Assembly: GCA_002269645.1 (NCBI GenBank)
Contig: NIVC01001068.1
Coordinates: 144,828 to 208,827 of the forward strand
Direction: 5' to 3'
DNA: 64,000 nt
From: Macrostomum lignano
Taxonomy: Eukaryota
Shown here: piece by piece, positions 45,995 to 60,100 of the stretch
Layout: each line of letters starts with the position of its first letter
Position numbering within the stretch: position 1 is the first letter of the stretch
The notes under the pieces: generated by a model
Database searches by the model: none
Told to the model about the DNA's origin: nothing
Seen by the model: only the letters and a program-made list of their open reading frames with translations
Position numbers and translations under genes: made by a program

Positions 45995-48900
45995 TCAAGC
46001 GGCAAATTCGAATTCCTGACAGCACTGACCGAAGGTGAGACAGCGCCCGATTTTCCGTAGAAATCTGGTGAACGCCACGCGGTACTGCTTATTAGCATAG
46101 GCATAAATCAACGAATTAGTAGAGAAATGAGCAAAGTACAACAATTGAGCGATAGACCTGGCCAAATTGAATGCTTCAATATGTTGCTGATCGTGGGGAA
46201 ACTTAATTAGGGCGGACAATAGGCAGATGTAGTGCGGCAGGCTCAACGCCAGATAGGCTACGCAGAAGATTAGCAGCATTCTTGTGATGTGGTACTGCTG
46301 GCGCATTAAATCGTTCAAACAGCCGGCCCAATGCAGATTGGCGTTGTTATTGTCGCAGGCGACTGGAACCTGATAAGGAGAGACGCGATAGGGTGTCGGT
46401 TAGGCGATAGATGTACAGTTGAGACTCCTAATAGGCCCCGGGTGTAAACTTAAAAGGAACGAATGGAAGTCATAAAACTAGGCCTCGAGTGTACATTTCA
46501 AAGGGGCGAGTGGAAGTCATAGCTCCGAGTGTACATTTAAAAGGATGAGTAAAAGTCATACAAATAGGCCCCGGGTGTACATTTAAAAGGAAAGAGTGGA
46601 AGCCATAAAACTAGGCCCCAAGTGTAAATTTAAAATGGACGAGTGGAAGCCATAGAACTAGGCCTTGAGTGTAAATTTAAAAGGGACGAGTGGAAGCCAT
46701 AAAACTAGGCCCCAAGTGTAAATTTAAAAGGGACGAGTGGAAGCCATAGAACTAGGCCCCAAGTGTAAATTTAAAAGGGACGAGTGGAAGCCATAAAACT
46801 AGGCCTTGAGTGTAAATTTAAAAGGGACGAGTGGAAGCCATAAAACTAGGCCCCAAGTGTAAATTTAAAAGGGACGAGTGGAAGCCATAGAACTAGGCCT
46901 TGAGTGTAAATTTAAAAGGGGCGAGTGGAAGTCATAAAACTAGGCCCCAAGTGTAAATTTAAAAGGGACGAGTGGAAGCCATAAAACTAGGCCCCAAGTG
47001 TAAATTTAAAAGGGACGAGTGGAAGCCATAAAACTAAGCCCCAAGTGTAAATTTAAAAGGGACGAGTGGAAGCCATAAAACTAGACCCCGAGTGTACATT
47101 TAAAAGGAAGGAGTGGAAGCCATAAAACTAGGCCCCGAGTGTACATTTAAAAGGAAGGAGTGGAAGCCATAAAACTAGGCCCTAAGTGTACATTGAAAAA
47201 GGGACGAGTGGAAGTTATAGAAATAGACCCCGGATGTACACTGAGTGGAAGCCATATAGAACTAGGCTCTGAGTGTACATTTAAAAGGGACGAGTAGAAG
47301 TCAAATAGATGCTAGAAGGGTTTGACTGTACACTGAGGCATGAGTGGAGGCCATGTACACATATGGCGAGAGGAAGAGATTAGATAGGAAGCTAGAAGGG
47401 TCTGAGTGTATGCTTGGAAATCTGAAGGGATTGTATAGAGATGCATTAGAAAACAGATAGTTGAAACCTGCGTAAAATTCTCAGCGAGAAAGTTATTAAT
47501 TCAAAAAATATTGTAATTAAGCCCGCGAAGCCTCTCTATCCGGCCCTCGGGGGTCCTCTCAAGGTTTATGTCTCTTCTGAGCTATTTTCTCCTCTCCTGT
47601 CTTCCCTAAAGAGGAAAAGTTAAAAGCGTTGGATTTGAAGAACTCTGTCAAAGCTTTTGAATCTCGGTGTTGAGCGGGTTGTTTCACAAAATATTATGCT
47701 GCGGATGGTAGCGATGCAAACAGAGAGAAGCTAATAAATATCTTCTTAGCAAAGGATGGATCGTATTACAATGCCTAATGCAAGGAAAGCTAACTGATTA
47801 TCTGAGCTTTGCCAACTTGGCTAAAGTTGGTAGTGGAGTAATATTCAAGTCTTTTTTCTACATTTTTGACTTTCAAATCTAAAACTAACGGGATGCTACA
47901 CAATGTTTTTTTCGCATCCGAAAATTTTAGTCTCGCATACTAGCAGTACTTTTACATGCATTGTCCTATAAATTTGAAAACAAATATGCCCATAATACCT
48001 AAAGCAATGAAGGTTGCAACTATAAGAGCGCAGCAACTGCCCGTGGGAATTCCCATGGCCCAGCCTTTCAAATGAATGGGAAAATCAGACTCGCATTTAG
48101 AGCTAACTATGCATTCGATAAAAGCGGCCTAAGTCACGACTTGCATACACAAGATTTGGAAATGTTGTTGCAAGGAAATCGCTTTATAGTCTCTATCGTC
48201 TGTCTTTTACAACTTTCAAGCGTGTTGTATTCAAATATAACCAACGATTTTTAGAACGCATGACGCCAATGCAAAGCTATCAATGTTGCGGCAAAGCCTC
48301 CAAAGGTCGCATTCAGTAGGGTTCAGGAATAACATCGACTTTAGGGAGTAGGAAGCAGTCAAAATGGCACGCACAATATTGGAATAAATTTAAGAGTCTC
48401 AGGACTTTGTTTATACAAGGTTTAAGGAGGTCAGAATTGAAAGCGAAATGTTTAAATTACCTGCACTAGGATTTACCGCAGCAAAGCAATGCAGGCTGTT
48501 ATTGCTAAACTTCAATTACGTGTTTTTTTACATGCACAAGCCTGCAACCTAAAGAAATTTCTTCTTGAACCAAGATTTTTTTCACGAGAGTCATGTGTCA
48601 CGTTCTGCTAAATAAATACACGACCCGAAAACTCTGTTCCTATTCCATACAGGCTATTATCTGCTAAAACGCAGATACAATTATAGAAGAATTTGAAGCA
48701 TTTAAATTAAAAGCTATGGCCAATCATCAGGCCGGAAGTAGCTTTGAAGTCTGTCTTAGCTGCCTTAATTGAATTGATATGAGTTGATTGAATTGATAAC
48801 CGACAGCTCAGCCGCAGCTATTGCGCGGCGCATCTGAAGGCTGCGTACGGCTGTTCAGTCCAAGGACTGGGGGGGGGGGGGTCGCCACACGCACCCACAA

Positions 48901-50046
48901 TTACCACAGCTAATGCTGGAATCCATTTTACAGCTGGGTGAACTGAAGCAATGCAGAGAGTTAAGTGTCTTGCTCAAGGACACAAATTGTTCCGAGTGGA
49001 TCGAGAATCGAACCCTCGACCTTCAAGTCGTGAGTCCGACGCTCTGACCACTAGGCTACAACCCCTAGTTTCCTTAATAACAGCTCTAACCAACTCTAAC
49101 TAACCAAGTGTAAGCTAAAATTGACTTGGAAGTCATCAACGAAAGTAGTTAAACACAGCTCAAAGAGTACCTCATCAGCATTTCCATTGGCGTAAATCGG
49201 TTCAGGCGGCTGGCCGCAGTGCAACGGCAGTCGAACGCAATCGGAATCTTTGGCTGTATTATTAGTACTGGACGATGCGTCTAAGGAAGAGACCGCTTGA
49301 GCTTGTTCAACTGCAGACAATTGAACAGCCTCCTCAATCTCTAATGCGTTATTATTGCCAGAGGCTAGTGGATTAGAATTGCCGTAACGAACTCTGTGAT
49401 AGAAAGATCGCACAGCCCAACAGATGTAGATGTTCATTAGGCTGACTAGTAGGCCAGGTAGCAAAGCGGTAATAATGCTATCCGCCACTGACCAAGCGAT
49501 TCGTTGCGCTCGAATTCGACAAAAATGACCTTTTGAAAGTATCGGCTCGGGTTTGTAGTCGATCAATACGAACACGTGACAGCTCCAGAGTAGGCCTAAG
49601 AGCAGCACAGTCAGTATAAGGTGTCGAGCTTTCTGTTCAGCTATACGCCTAGTATAGCAATGAGGCAAACTGATGCACAGGAACCGGTCTAGACTGAGAC
49701 CAATTATAAGCCAAGGACTAAGGAAAGTCAACAGGCTGTAGGAATAAGTAATCATGTAGCAGCTGAGCAGGTGACTATCGTGTAGCTGGGTGAGGCCGGT
49801 AAGAAGGTAGCTAAATAATAGCAGAAGATCGACAGCGGACAACAGGCGAAGCACGCGGGAGAGATAGTGCTTGCGTACCGGACTGTTGCAGAATACACAG
49901 AAATTAATCAGATTGATAGCAATGCCCAGTCCAGAGACTATTGTGCTAGTTTTAAGAATCACGCTGAAGGCTTGGATCAGCAGATACTGAGGCTGCTGTT
50001 GTTGCGAGTCGGCAGTCGAGTTTTCGAGCGTCAAGTTAGTATCCAT
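45995..50046 (-). CDS. Class A (rhodopsin-like) GPCR, peptide-receptor-like, 2 exons, about 416 aa
   Basis: Exon 50046-49171 covers TM1-5 (GIAINLINF, LSAVDLLLL, SLDRFLCI, HFC, LLPGLLVSLMN). Phase-0 intron. Exon 46369-45995 covers TM6-7 and helix 8 (AYLALSLP, FSTNSLIY, YRVAF). Confidence 0.88.
46430..47300. repeat. 47-bp minisatellite in the GPCR intron
   Basis: GTGTAAATTTAAAAGGGACGAGTGGAAGCCATAAAACTAGGCCCCAA units. Confidence 0.94.
48803..49065 (-). mobile_element. tRNA-derived SINE, family A, second copy (GPCR intron)
   Basis: Reverse complement GGGGTTGTAGCCTAGTGG...GGTTCGATTCTC...TGTGTCCTTGAGCAAGACACTTAAC...CAGCTGTAAAATGG, colinear with 7334-7591. Confidence 0.87.
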
Positions 50047-50569
50047 TGATAAGCTTTCGGTTTTAAAGCCGGATGTTTCGACAAGATGCAATAAAGCAGA
50101 CGATTGAAGTGGCAAGTTTATTGATGAAGGCAACAAAAGCTGTCAGCCGGATGGGACTTTTATATAAAGTTTAGATGGGATTGGAAACTGCAGTAAAGCC
50201 ACTGCTTCATCTCATTGGATCATGTCTCTGTCCAACTGCAGGCCAGCTAGTGCATTAGCGCGCATCCCCAGTGCAGTCTAGTGCAGTAGACAAATATACC
50301 TGCTCTGGGGACTAGCTCAGCTCACTGATCAATTCAGATTTGACAAGGCCAGCGCTGCCGACTGGACAGCCCTTTGACAATCAAACAGAACAGGCAGATG
50401 CCTGGGACCAGTTAATAATTGTGAACACGAATGTGCACTAATAAGAGAGAAGATAAACTACGGTGCATGCATTGCACTATATACTCGTAAGTAGCTGCTG
50501 CAAGCTACATTCTAGATTAGTAAATGATTTTCTACGAAAATTTATCATAATTCTATATGACTGATACAT

Positions 50570-50776
<207 letters not shown>

Positions 50777-51499
50777 CAAGCTACCTAAAGCATCATTAAC
50801 ACTCCAGTTTGAGGTGATCCCTTTACACTTCACGCATCACGTGTTAAAAATCTGAATTTATTTCACAATTCTATTTCAATTAACGAAGATTAAATGAAGA
50901 TTTGCACAAAGGCCTTCGATACAATACAATACAATAGTGAACAATGCAACCCTTTATTGAAGATGACGAATCTGAATCGCGGCTTCTGAGCAGCACACAA
51001 CGCATAATAGCAGACTTGCTAAGAGACGCGATTATTAGTTCGTAACTTATTCAATTCAATGCCTTTGACAAACTCGTAATTAATTAAATATCCAACAAAA
51101 GCAACGCAGCTCGAACGAGTTTATCAATCTTCGGCAAGCTATTCGGCAAGCTAATTACTATAAATGCTCACCCAGCCGAATTATAGACAATATAGATCCG
51201 TCTCTGACTGGCCCAGTGCTCTGCGATCATCTGCTGCTCAGCGCAGCTTGTAAACTCCCAGCTTACGCATGTAATTATGCCTAACTAAGACTTTATTTCG
51301 AGTCGCTATCTGTAATGCTCGGAAATGTGCCTACACTATAACTATGCTGAAGTCAGTAGCAAGCAAAGTCAACAAGAAGTAAAAGTTTACTAGAAACAGG
51401 ACTCAATTAGTGAGCTAATGCCAACGACTGATGAGTCTGCGTGAGCAGCAGTGCATTCCGTATCAATCATCAAAAAAATAATGAGTCGATTTTGACAAT

Positions 51500-51920
51500 A
51501 AGTTGAAGTCGACAATGAGCTGATTTTGATAATGAGCTGAAGTCGATAATGAGCAGAAGTAGATAATGAGCGGATGTCGACAATGAGCTTTGATAATGAG
51601 CTGATGTCGATAATGAGCTGAAGTAGATAATGAGAGGATGTCGATAATGAGCTTCGATAATGAGCTTCGATAATGAGCTGAAGTAGATAATGAGCTGATT
51701 TCTACAATGAGCTGAAGTCAATAATGAGCTTCGACAATGAGCCGATTTTGATAATGAGCTGATATCGATAATGAGCTGATGTCGATAATGATCCGATGTC
51801 GATAATGATCCGATGTCGATAATGAGCTGATGTCGATAATGATCCGATGTCGATAATGAGCTGAAGTCGATAATGAGCTGATGTCGATAATGAGCGGATG
51901 TCGACAATAATAATGAGTCA
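51500..51920. repeat. GATAATGAGCTGATGTC-type degenerate minisatellite
   Basis: Visible directly. Confidence 0.88.
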
Positions 51921-52689
51921 TCCTAAGGTAAAGTCGACAGAAGTCATAAAAACCTAACAGATTATGTAGCTAGAAATTCGCTTAAAAATAGTACCTGCGC
52001 GTCGCAGTAAAAGCATAATAGGGTTTTACGCCGCAACACGACTAGGCAGGCTATCAACAATATCCTGAGAGCTTCACCTCTTCTCCAAAGCCGATAATGA
52101 AATTCTTTGACAATGCCTTATCACAGAATAGAGCTGTACAACTAAGTATTGCGCTATTGCAAGCAACCCGGAAGCTAACATGCTGGGTAAAGATTGATAC
52201 GGGAAAAATAGAGCAGCGACTGGACATGGCGTCTCGACCAAGCGATCTCAAACGACAATCTGCATTAGCAGTTGAAATTTAAATTTATTATTGATAAATA
52301 AATTTATTGATAGCTGAGGGTTTCGAGGAAAAGCTAGCAGCTTCGCCAGCAGACTCTTTTGTGTCAAAACCGCCTCGACCAGGCCCCACATCGGATAGCG
52401 ATAGAGACAGGAAAAGAGAAAAAAAGTTTTTTTATGACCCCGCATCAACTGATGCATGCTAAGCCCCGCTGCATAACAAACAACTGAATAGTTCAATTCA
52501 GGGGTTGGGGCCGCACATGCGGAGATGAAAAATATGGGAGAAAACATCAATTTGCATGAGTAAAAGCAATAAAGCAATTTAATAGCCAACAAGTAAATGG
52601 GAAACAGAGCTACAGTATTGTTTCAACCCAACCAAAGCCTCATTGGCCAAAGAGGACACAGCAGGAGAAAAACCCTAAGCGTTAGAAGG

Positions 52690-53285
<596 letters not shown>

Positions 53286-53362
53286 CCAGAGACAGGCACG
53301 GCAAACTCACCGATTTGGCACGCGAGTAAGTGTGAAGGCGGCAGAGACACAGGGAACGGCGC

Positions 53363-53833
53363 TCAGATGTCGAGAATAACAAAGACTTCGTGCTGCTCGG
53401 GCTCGTCATAGATCTGCATATTGGAGTAGGTGATGGCCTTGACCTCAGTGCCCTGCGGATGCTTGCCAAGCTCGAACGGCTCCCCGTAGCCCACAGATCG
53501 AATCCGAAAATTAGCGGCGTCGAATTCGACAATTCGAACTATTCGAGGAAAAAAGAAATCGTCGGCGCTAAACGCGAATAGCCATTCGTCGAGAAAGTGA
53601 AATAACAAAGACTGCAAGTCGTCGCCCTCGGCTGACACCTCCAAGCGATGCGTCAGAGACACCGAGCTGTAGTCGGTTGTCATGTAGTTAAACATCGCCA
53701 TGGCAACCTGCTCGAATGTCTGCGCCAGACTGTTACCCCAGGCGTGCAGCTGGACATCGGCTGTGTGGTCCAAGTATTCGAATTGGCACTCGGGCACTGC
53801 GGGTGGACATTCTGAATCGGTGAGCTGCTCCAT
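53363..53833 (-). CDS. ZBTB8OS: Archease (RtcB tRNA-ligase cofactor), single coding exon, 156 aa
   Basis: FEYLDHTADVQLHAWG N-terminal motif, LLFHFLDEWLF, and C-terminal HPQGTEVKAITYSNMQI...VFVILDI. Acceptor ttttccag lies 8 nt upstream of the ATG. Confidence 0.96.
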   Translation of the reverse strand: MEQLTDSECPPAVPECQFEYLDHTADVQLHAWGNSLAQTFEQVAMAMFNYMTTDYSSVSLTHRLEVSAEGDDLQSLLFHFLDEWLFAFSADDFFFPRIVRIVEFDAANFRIRSVGYGEPFELGKHPQGTEVKAITYSNMQIYDEPEQHEVFVILDI

Positions 53834-53874
53834 GCGGCTGGCTGGAAAAGAGATTGGCTTGAACTGTAAGGGAA

Positions 53875-54895
53875 TTCCTGTATTTACCATAGACTAGATT
53901 AGCAATTCATTCTATTCCTGTATTTACCATAGACTAGATTAGCAATTTATTCTATTCCTGTATTTACCATAGACTAGATTAGCAATTCATTCTATTCCTG
54001 TATTTACCATAGACTAGATTAGCAATTTATTCTATTCCTGTATTTACCATAGACTAGATTAGCAATTCATTTTATTCCTGTATTTACCATAGACTAGATT
54101 AGCAATTCATTCTATTCCTGTATTTACCATAGACTAGATTAGCAATTCATTCTATTCCTGTATTTACCATAGACTAGATTAGCAATTCATTCTATTCCTG
54201 TATTTACCATAGACTAGATTAGCAATTCATTCTATTCCTGTATTTACCATAGACTAGATTAGCAATTCATTCTATTCCTGTATTTACCATAGACTAGATT
54301 AGCAATTCATTCTATTCCTGTATTTACCATAGACTAGATTAGCAATTCATTCTATTCCTGTATTTACCATAGACTAGATTAGCAATTCATTCTATTTCTG
54401 TATTTACCATAGACTAGATTAGCAATTTATTCTATTCCTGTATTTACCATAGACTAGATTAGCAATTCATTTTATTCCTGTATTTACCATAGACTAGATT
54501 AGCAATTCATTCTATTCCTGTATTTACCATAGACTAGATTAGCAATTCATTCTATTCCTGTATTTACCATAGACTAGATTAGCAATTCATTCTATTCCTG
54601 TATTTACTATAGACTAGATTAGCAATTTATTCTATTCCTGTATTTACCATAGACTAGATTAGCAATTCATTCTATCCCGGTATTTACCATAGACTAGATT
54701 AGCAATTCATTCTATTCCTGTATTTACCATAGACTAGATTAGCAATTAATTCTATTCCGGTATTTACGATCAAATGAAATGGCGCCCCCTATCCAATGAA
54801 ATGGCGCCCCCTATCCAATGAAATGGCGCCCCCTATCCAATGAAATGGCACCCAATATCAAATGAAATGGCACCCCCTATAAAATGAAATGGCAC
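53875..54895. repeat. 40-bp array (53875-54765) and short 22-bp array (54772-54895)
   Basis: TATTTACCATAGACTAGATTAGCAATTCATTCTATTCCTG and AATGAAATGGCGCCCCCTATCC units. Confidence 0.95.
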
Positions 54896-55404
54896 CTCCA
54901 AGAAGCACCCCCTTCCGTAGAAGTACTTTTTAAACCCTCGATTTAATCTATCAAATTTGAATTTCACTAATCTGAAAACCACCAGGGGGAATCAAGGATT
55001 ATAGGGATCTTATCCAATTTAATCATTGATAATACAATATACTTTAATTGTGTCATTTGCCATCACAAAAATTAATCAGTTCAATACCTGAAAAAGTCAT
55101 TGAGTAAGTTTTTTTTACAGACCTGCAGACGTAAACAAGGCAATTAGGGCATGAAGTACTTTCTTTAGTATAATAGTACTGCATATATCTCAGCGCCTTT
55201 GGGGGGGTTGCTTGTCAAAGAGTCTAAATTACACCGCAACACGGAATAGAACCCGACATTTTTGATGGGTAAGTCACGTCAGAAACTTCTAATGCTGTTT
55301 TTTACCTTGATAATAGTCTTGCTTTTTATAGAATAATTACAACTTATAGGTTTTGACATATCTGAGCTAAATAATAACTCAACCTATCAATCAATTACCT
55401 GAAC

Positions 55405-56925
55405 ATTTAACTAAACAGCTAATTAATCAAACAGTTCATCAATCAAACAGCTCATCAATCAAGCAGCTAATCAATCAAACAGCTCATCAATCAAACAGCT
55501 CATCAATCAAACAGCTCATCAATCAAACAGCTCATCAATCAAGCAGCTCATCAATCAAGCAGCTCATCAATCAAACAGCTCATCAATCAAACAGCACATG
55601 AATCAAGCAGCTCATCAATCAAGCAGCTCATCAATCAAACAGCTCATTAATCAAACAGTTCATCAATCAAACAGCTCATCAATCAAGCAGCTCATCAATC
55701 AAACAGCTCATCAATCAAACAGCTCATCAATCTAACAGCTCATCAATCAAGCAGCTCATCAATCAAACAGCTCATCAATCAAGCAGCTTATCAATCAAGC
55801 AGCTCATCAATCAAACAGCTCATCAATCTAACAGCTCATCAATCAAACAGTCCATCAATCAAGCAGCTCATCAATCAAACAGCTCATCAATCAAACAGCT
55901 CATCAATCAAACAGTCCATCAATCAAACAGCTCATCAATCAAACAGCTCATCAATCAAACAGCTCATCAATCAAGCAGCTCATCAATCAAACAGTCCATC
56001 AATCAAACAGCTCATCAATCTAACAGCTCATCAATCAAACAGCTCATCAATCAAACAGTCCATCAATCAAACAGCTCATCAATCAAACAGCTCATCAATC
56101 TAACAGCTCATCAATCAAACAGCTCATCAATCAAACAGTCCATCAATCAAACAGCTCATCAATCTAACAGCTCATCAATCAAACAGCTCATCAATCAAAC
56201 AGTCCATCAATCAAACAGCTCATCAATCAAACAGTCCATCAATCAAGCAGCTCATCAATCAAGCAGCTCATCAATCAAACAGTTCATCAATCAAACAGCT
56301 CATCAATCAAACAGTCCATCAATCAAACAGCTCATCAATCAAACAGCTCATCAATCAAACAGCTCATCAATCAAACAGTCCATCAATCAAACAGCTCATC
56401 AATCTAACAGCTCATCAATCAAACAGCTCATCAATCAAACAGTCCATCAATCAAACAGCTCATCAATCAAACAGCTCATCAATCTAACAGCTCATCAATC
56501 AAACAGCTCATCAATCAAACAGTCCATCAATCAAACAGCTCATCAATCTAACAGCTCATCAATCAAACAGCTCATCAATCAAACAGTCCATCAATCAAAC
56601 AGCTCATCAATCAAACAGTCCATCAATCAAGCAGCTCATCAATCAAGCAGCTCATCAATCAAACAGCTCATCAATCAAACAGTCCATCAATCAAACAGCT
56701 CATCAATCTAACAGCTCATCAATCAAACAGCTCATCAATCAAACAGTCCATCAATCAAACAGCTCATCAATCAAACAGCTCATCAATCAAACAGCTCATC
56801 AATCAAGCAGCTCATCAATCAAACAGTCCATCAATCAAACAGTCCATCAATCAAACAGCTCATCAATCAAACAGTCCATCAATCAAGCAGCTCATCAATC
56901 AAACAGCTCATCAATCAAACCAATC
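55405..56925. repeat. 16-bp minisatellite (AATCAAACAGCTCATC)n, about 95 copies
   Basis: Visible directly. Confidence 0.97.
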
Positions 56926-57158
56926 AATCACTAATCTGAATCCAAGGTTTATTAGCTTTTAACCAGCGGACTGAATTTTCCTAACAACCTAAACTAAAAA
57001 ATACAATTATTTAAAAGTAAAAAGTAATTTGATAAACTTAAAAAACGTTATTCTGTCCAGAAAAATAAAAATGCACTCAAATTTCGTTCTCTTTATCTGG
57101 ATCATTCCTCTCACAATAGATTTATCAGCCAAGTCACATAAGTCAATGATTAGCTAGG

Positions 57159-60100
57159 CTAATCCATTCTAAACTCGCTCCGGGTTCCGTTGCTCCAATC
57201 GAATTCGACCAGAAGACTTCGCGGGCTGTCATGGGGCGGCAAAATGCTGACGTGGAATTCCAAGACTTGCCCGCTGGACAGACTGATTGGCGAACGGAGA
57301 TAGAATACCGTCTGGCCCCAGTGCGTTACCTGCGTCAGGGTGGGTTACGCGACAGCTCTGGGATTTATAATCAGGCATCTAGGATCAGGGATCTAGGATC
57401 TGGGATCTAGGATCTGGGATCTAGGACCAGGGATCTAGGATCTGGGATCTAGGACCAGGGATCTAGGATCTGGGATCTAGGATCTGGGATCTAGGATCTG
57501 GGATCTAGGATCTAGGATCTGGGATCTAGGACCAGGGATCTAGGATCTGGGATCTAGGACCAGGAATCTAGGATCTGGGATCTAGGATCTGGGATCTAGG
57601 ATCTGGGATCTAGGACCAGGGATCTAGGATCTGGGATCTAGGATCTGGGATCTGGGATATAGGATCTGGGATCTAGGATCTGGGATCTGGGATATAGGAT
57701 CTGGGATCTAGGACCAGGGATCTAGGATCTGGGATCTAGGATCTGGGATATAGGATCTGGGATCCAGGATCTGGGATCTAGGATCTGGGATCTAGGATCT
57801 GGGATATAGGATCTGGGATCTAGGATCTGGGATCTAGGATCTGGGATCTAGGATCTGGGATCTAGGATCTGGGATCTAGGATCTGGGATCTAGGATCTGG
57901 GATCTAGGATCTGGGATCTAGGATCTGGGATCTAGGATCTGGAATCTGGGATCTAGGATCTGGGATCTGGGATCTAGGATCTGGGATCTGGGATCTAGGA
58001 TCTGGGATCTAGGATCTGGGATCTAGGATTTAGGATCTGGGATTTCACATTGCCGCTAAATAAGAAGACGAAAAACTGTACGCTAACTTCCACTAGCACT
58101 AATGAGCCCTCAATCATGAGATTTGCAGAACCTCACCTGACTCAAAGGCCCCGTGCTAAAGCTGACATTAACGCCGGCGTCTCCATTACCGAGAAAATCA
58201 ACATCAAAGTAGCCCACAATCGCGTGCAGCTTGCAGTCGCGCAAAGCCGTCAGCTGGACAGGCACTGACTCAACCTGGGAGGAAATAATTTCGCAATAAT
58301 ATGCAGAATGTAGAATGGCATGCGATTGTGCACTACTAGCAGTAGAGCGAATAGGATCTTTCTGTTGAAAACGAGGGTTAATCTTGAAAGTAAATTAGCT
58401 AAAAGTAACTTTTAGTTGGTCAATTTACCGCAGTTGAACTTTCGAAAAAGCGAATTTACGTTAATTAAAAACGGACACTTCGTAGGTTAATTTCGGTAAC
58501 AAACTGGTAAATTAAAGTAAATTTACCCTCCGTAAAGTAACGTTTATTTACCCAAAATTACGTTAATCCACCATCAGGCTATTAGTTAATTAACCCCCAA
58601 TATTAACCCTCGTTTTCAACGGGGTACATTATACATAAATTAATGGAGGATGTGGGAGGGCAACCAACAAATGGGGATCTGGGAGGGCACCAGAAAATGG
58701 GGGTCTGGGAGGCTGGGAGCATCTAAGAGATCTAGCAATCAAGGATCTGCGAGGCTGGCCCAGCAACTGATTGTCTGGGAAGTTGGCCCAGCAACTGACA
58801 CTCTGGGAGGCTGGCCCAGCAACTGGGGATCTGGAAGTCTGGCCCAGCAACTGAGGATCTGGGAGGCTGGCCCAGCAACTGGGGATCTGGAAGTCTGGCC
58901 TAGCAACTGAGGATCTGGGAGGCTGGCCCAGCAACTGGGGATCTGGGAGGCTGGCCCAGCAACTGAGGATCCGGGAGGCTGGCCCAGCAACTGAGGATCC
59001 GGGAGGCTGGCTCAGCAACTGACACTCTGGGAGGCTGGCCCAGGAACTGAGAATCTGGGAGGCTGGCCCAGGAACTGAGAATCTGGGAGGCTGGCCTAGC
59101 AACTGAGGATCTGGGAGGCTGGCCTAGCAACTGGGGATCTGGGAGGCTGGCCCAGCAACTAAATGCCTGAGAGGCGCACCTTAGCGGAGGTGTAGGCACT
59201 GGCTGTTAGCATGTCGATGCTGCACACCAGAGCAGAACTGGTGGCCACCCAATCCGATTGCAAATCGTAGGCCACGTGAGGCTCGCTAAGGCATCGCTCT
59301 TTCAAGAAGGACACCCGTACGCCATAGACATTGTCAAAATAGAGAGCGTTGCGCTGGTACAACTCCTCAGAATCAATGCCGCACAATAGTAGATTGCAAA
59401 TCCGAGGATAGACTGCACCGCCAGGTTTGAGACAATGGTCTCTGGTGTAGTAGGAAAGGGAGTGCATAATATCACAGAATATTATGTGAGATAATATAAA
59501 CTGTTTTAACGGAACCACAATATCACACAAATTTTAGACACTGATCATCATTTTTAAGTAAAAACATATAACCTATTTCATTTTGCCACTACTTGAGTGA
59601 TTAGAATACACACTACACATCGGCAAGTGGCTTTTGACAGTCTAACTATCAAGTAGCATTAATATTAATATAATAATATTAATATTTTTAAAAAAAAATA
59701 AGTAGTGAGATAATGGCAAGACTTTTTAAAGGAATACGACACCCCATTCTCTCACATTATCGCAAGATACTCGGCACATCGCTACAATCAAAGATCGTGT
59801 AATATTGGAGGATAATTTCTTGAAAAACTTCACTGCGGAGATAGGGAAAATCATTTTTTTCATTACAAATCAATTGATTGAATTTGACCTGGTGTAGTGA
59901 AGACGACCATTTTTTATTTAGCACGTTACATGTCACATGTTACTACTCTGCTGTATTTTATATAGTTGTGCAGCGAAAGGTTTATCTTCATATTGTTTTC
60001 TTTTTTATTTCATAAGCCCAAGCCTAAGTTGTACGAGTAATTCAATACTCACAAGTGATTTTTTTGTGTTTTGTTCCTTCTTGACTCAAGATTTGTGATA

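Noticed and set aside
52054-52592. Short ORFs downstream of archease, and ORF 38935-39579
   Set aside because: No recognisable motifs, AT-rich or partly repeat-derived, and no phase-compatible link to neighbouring genes.
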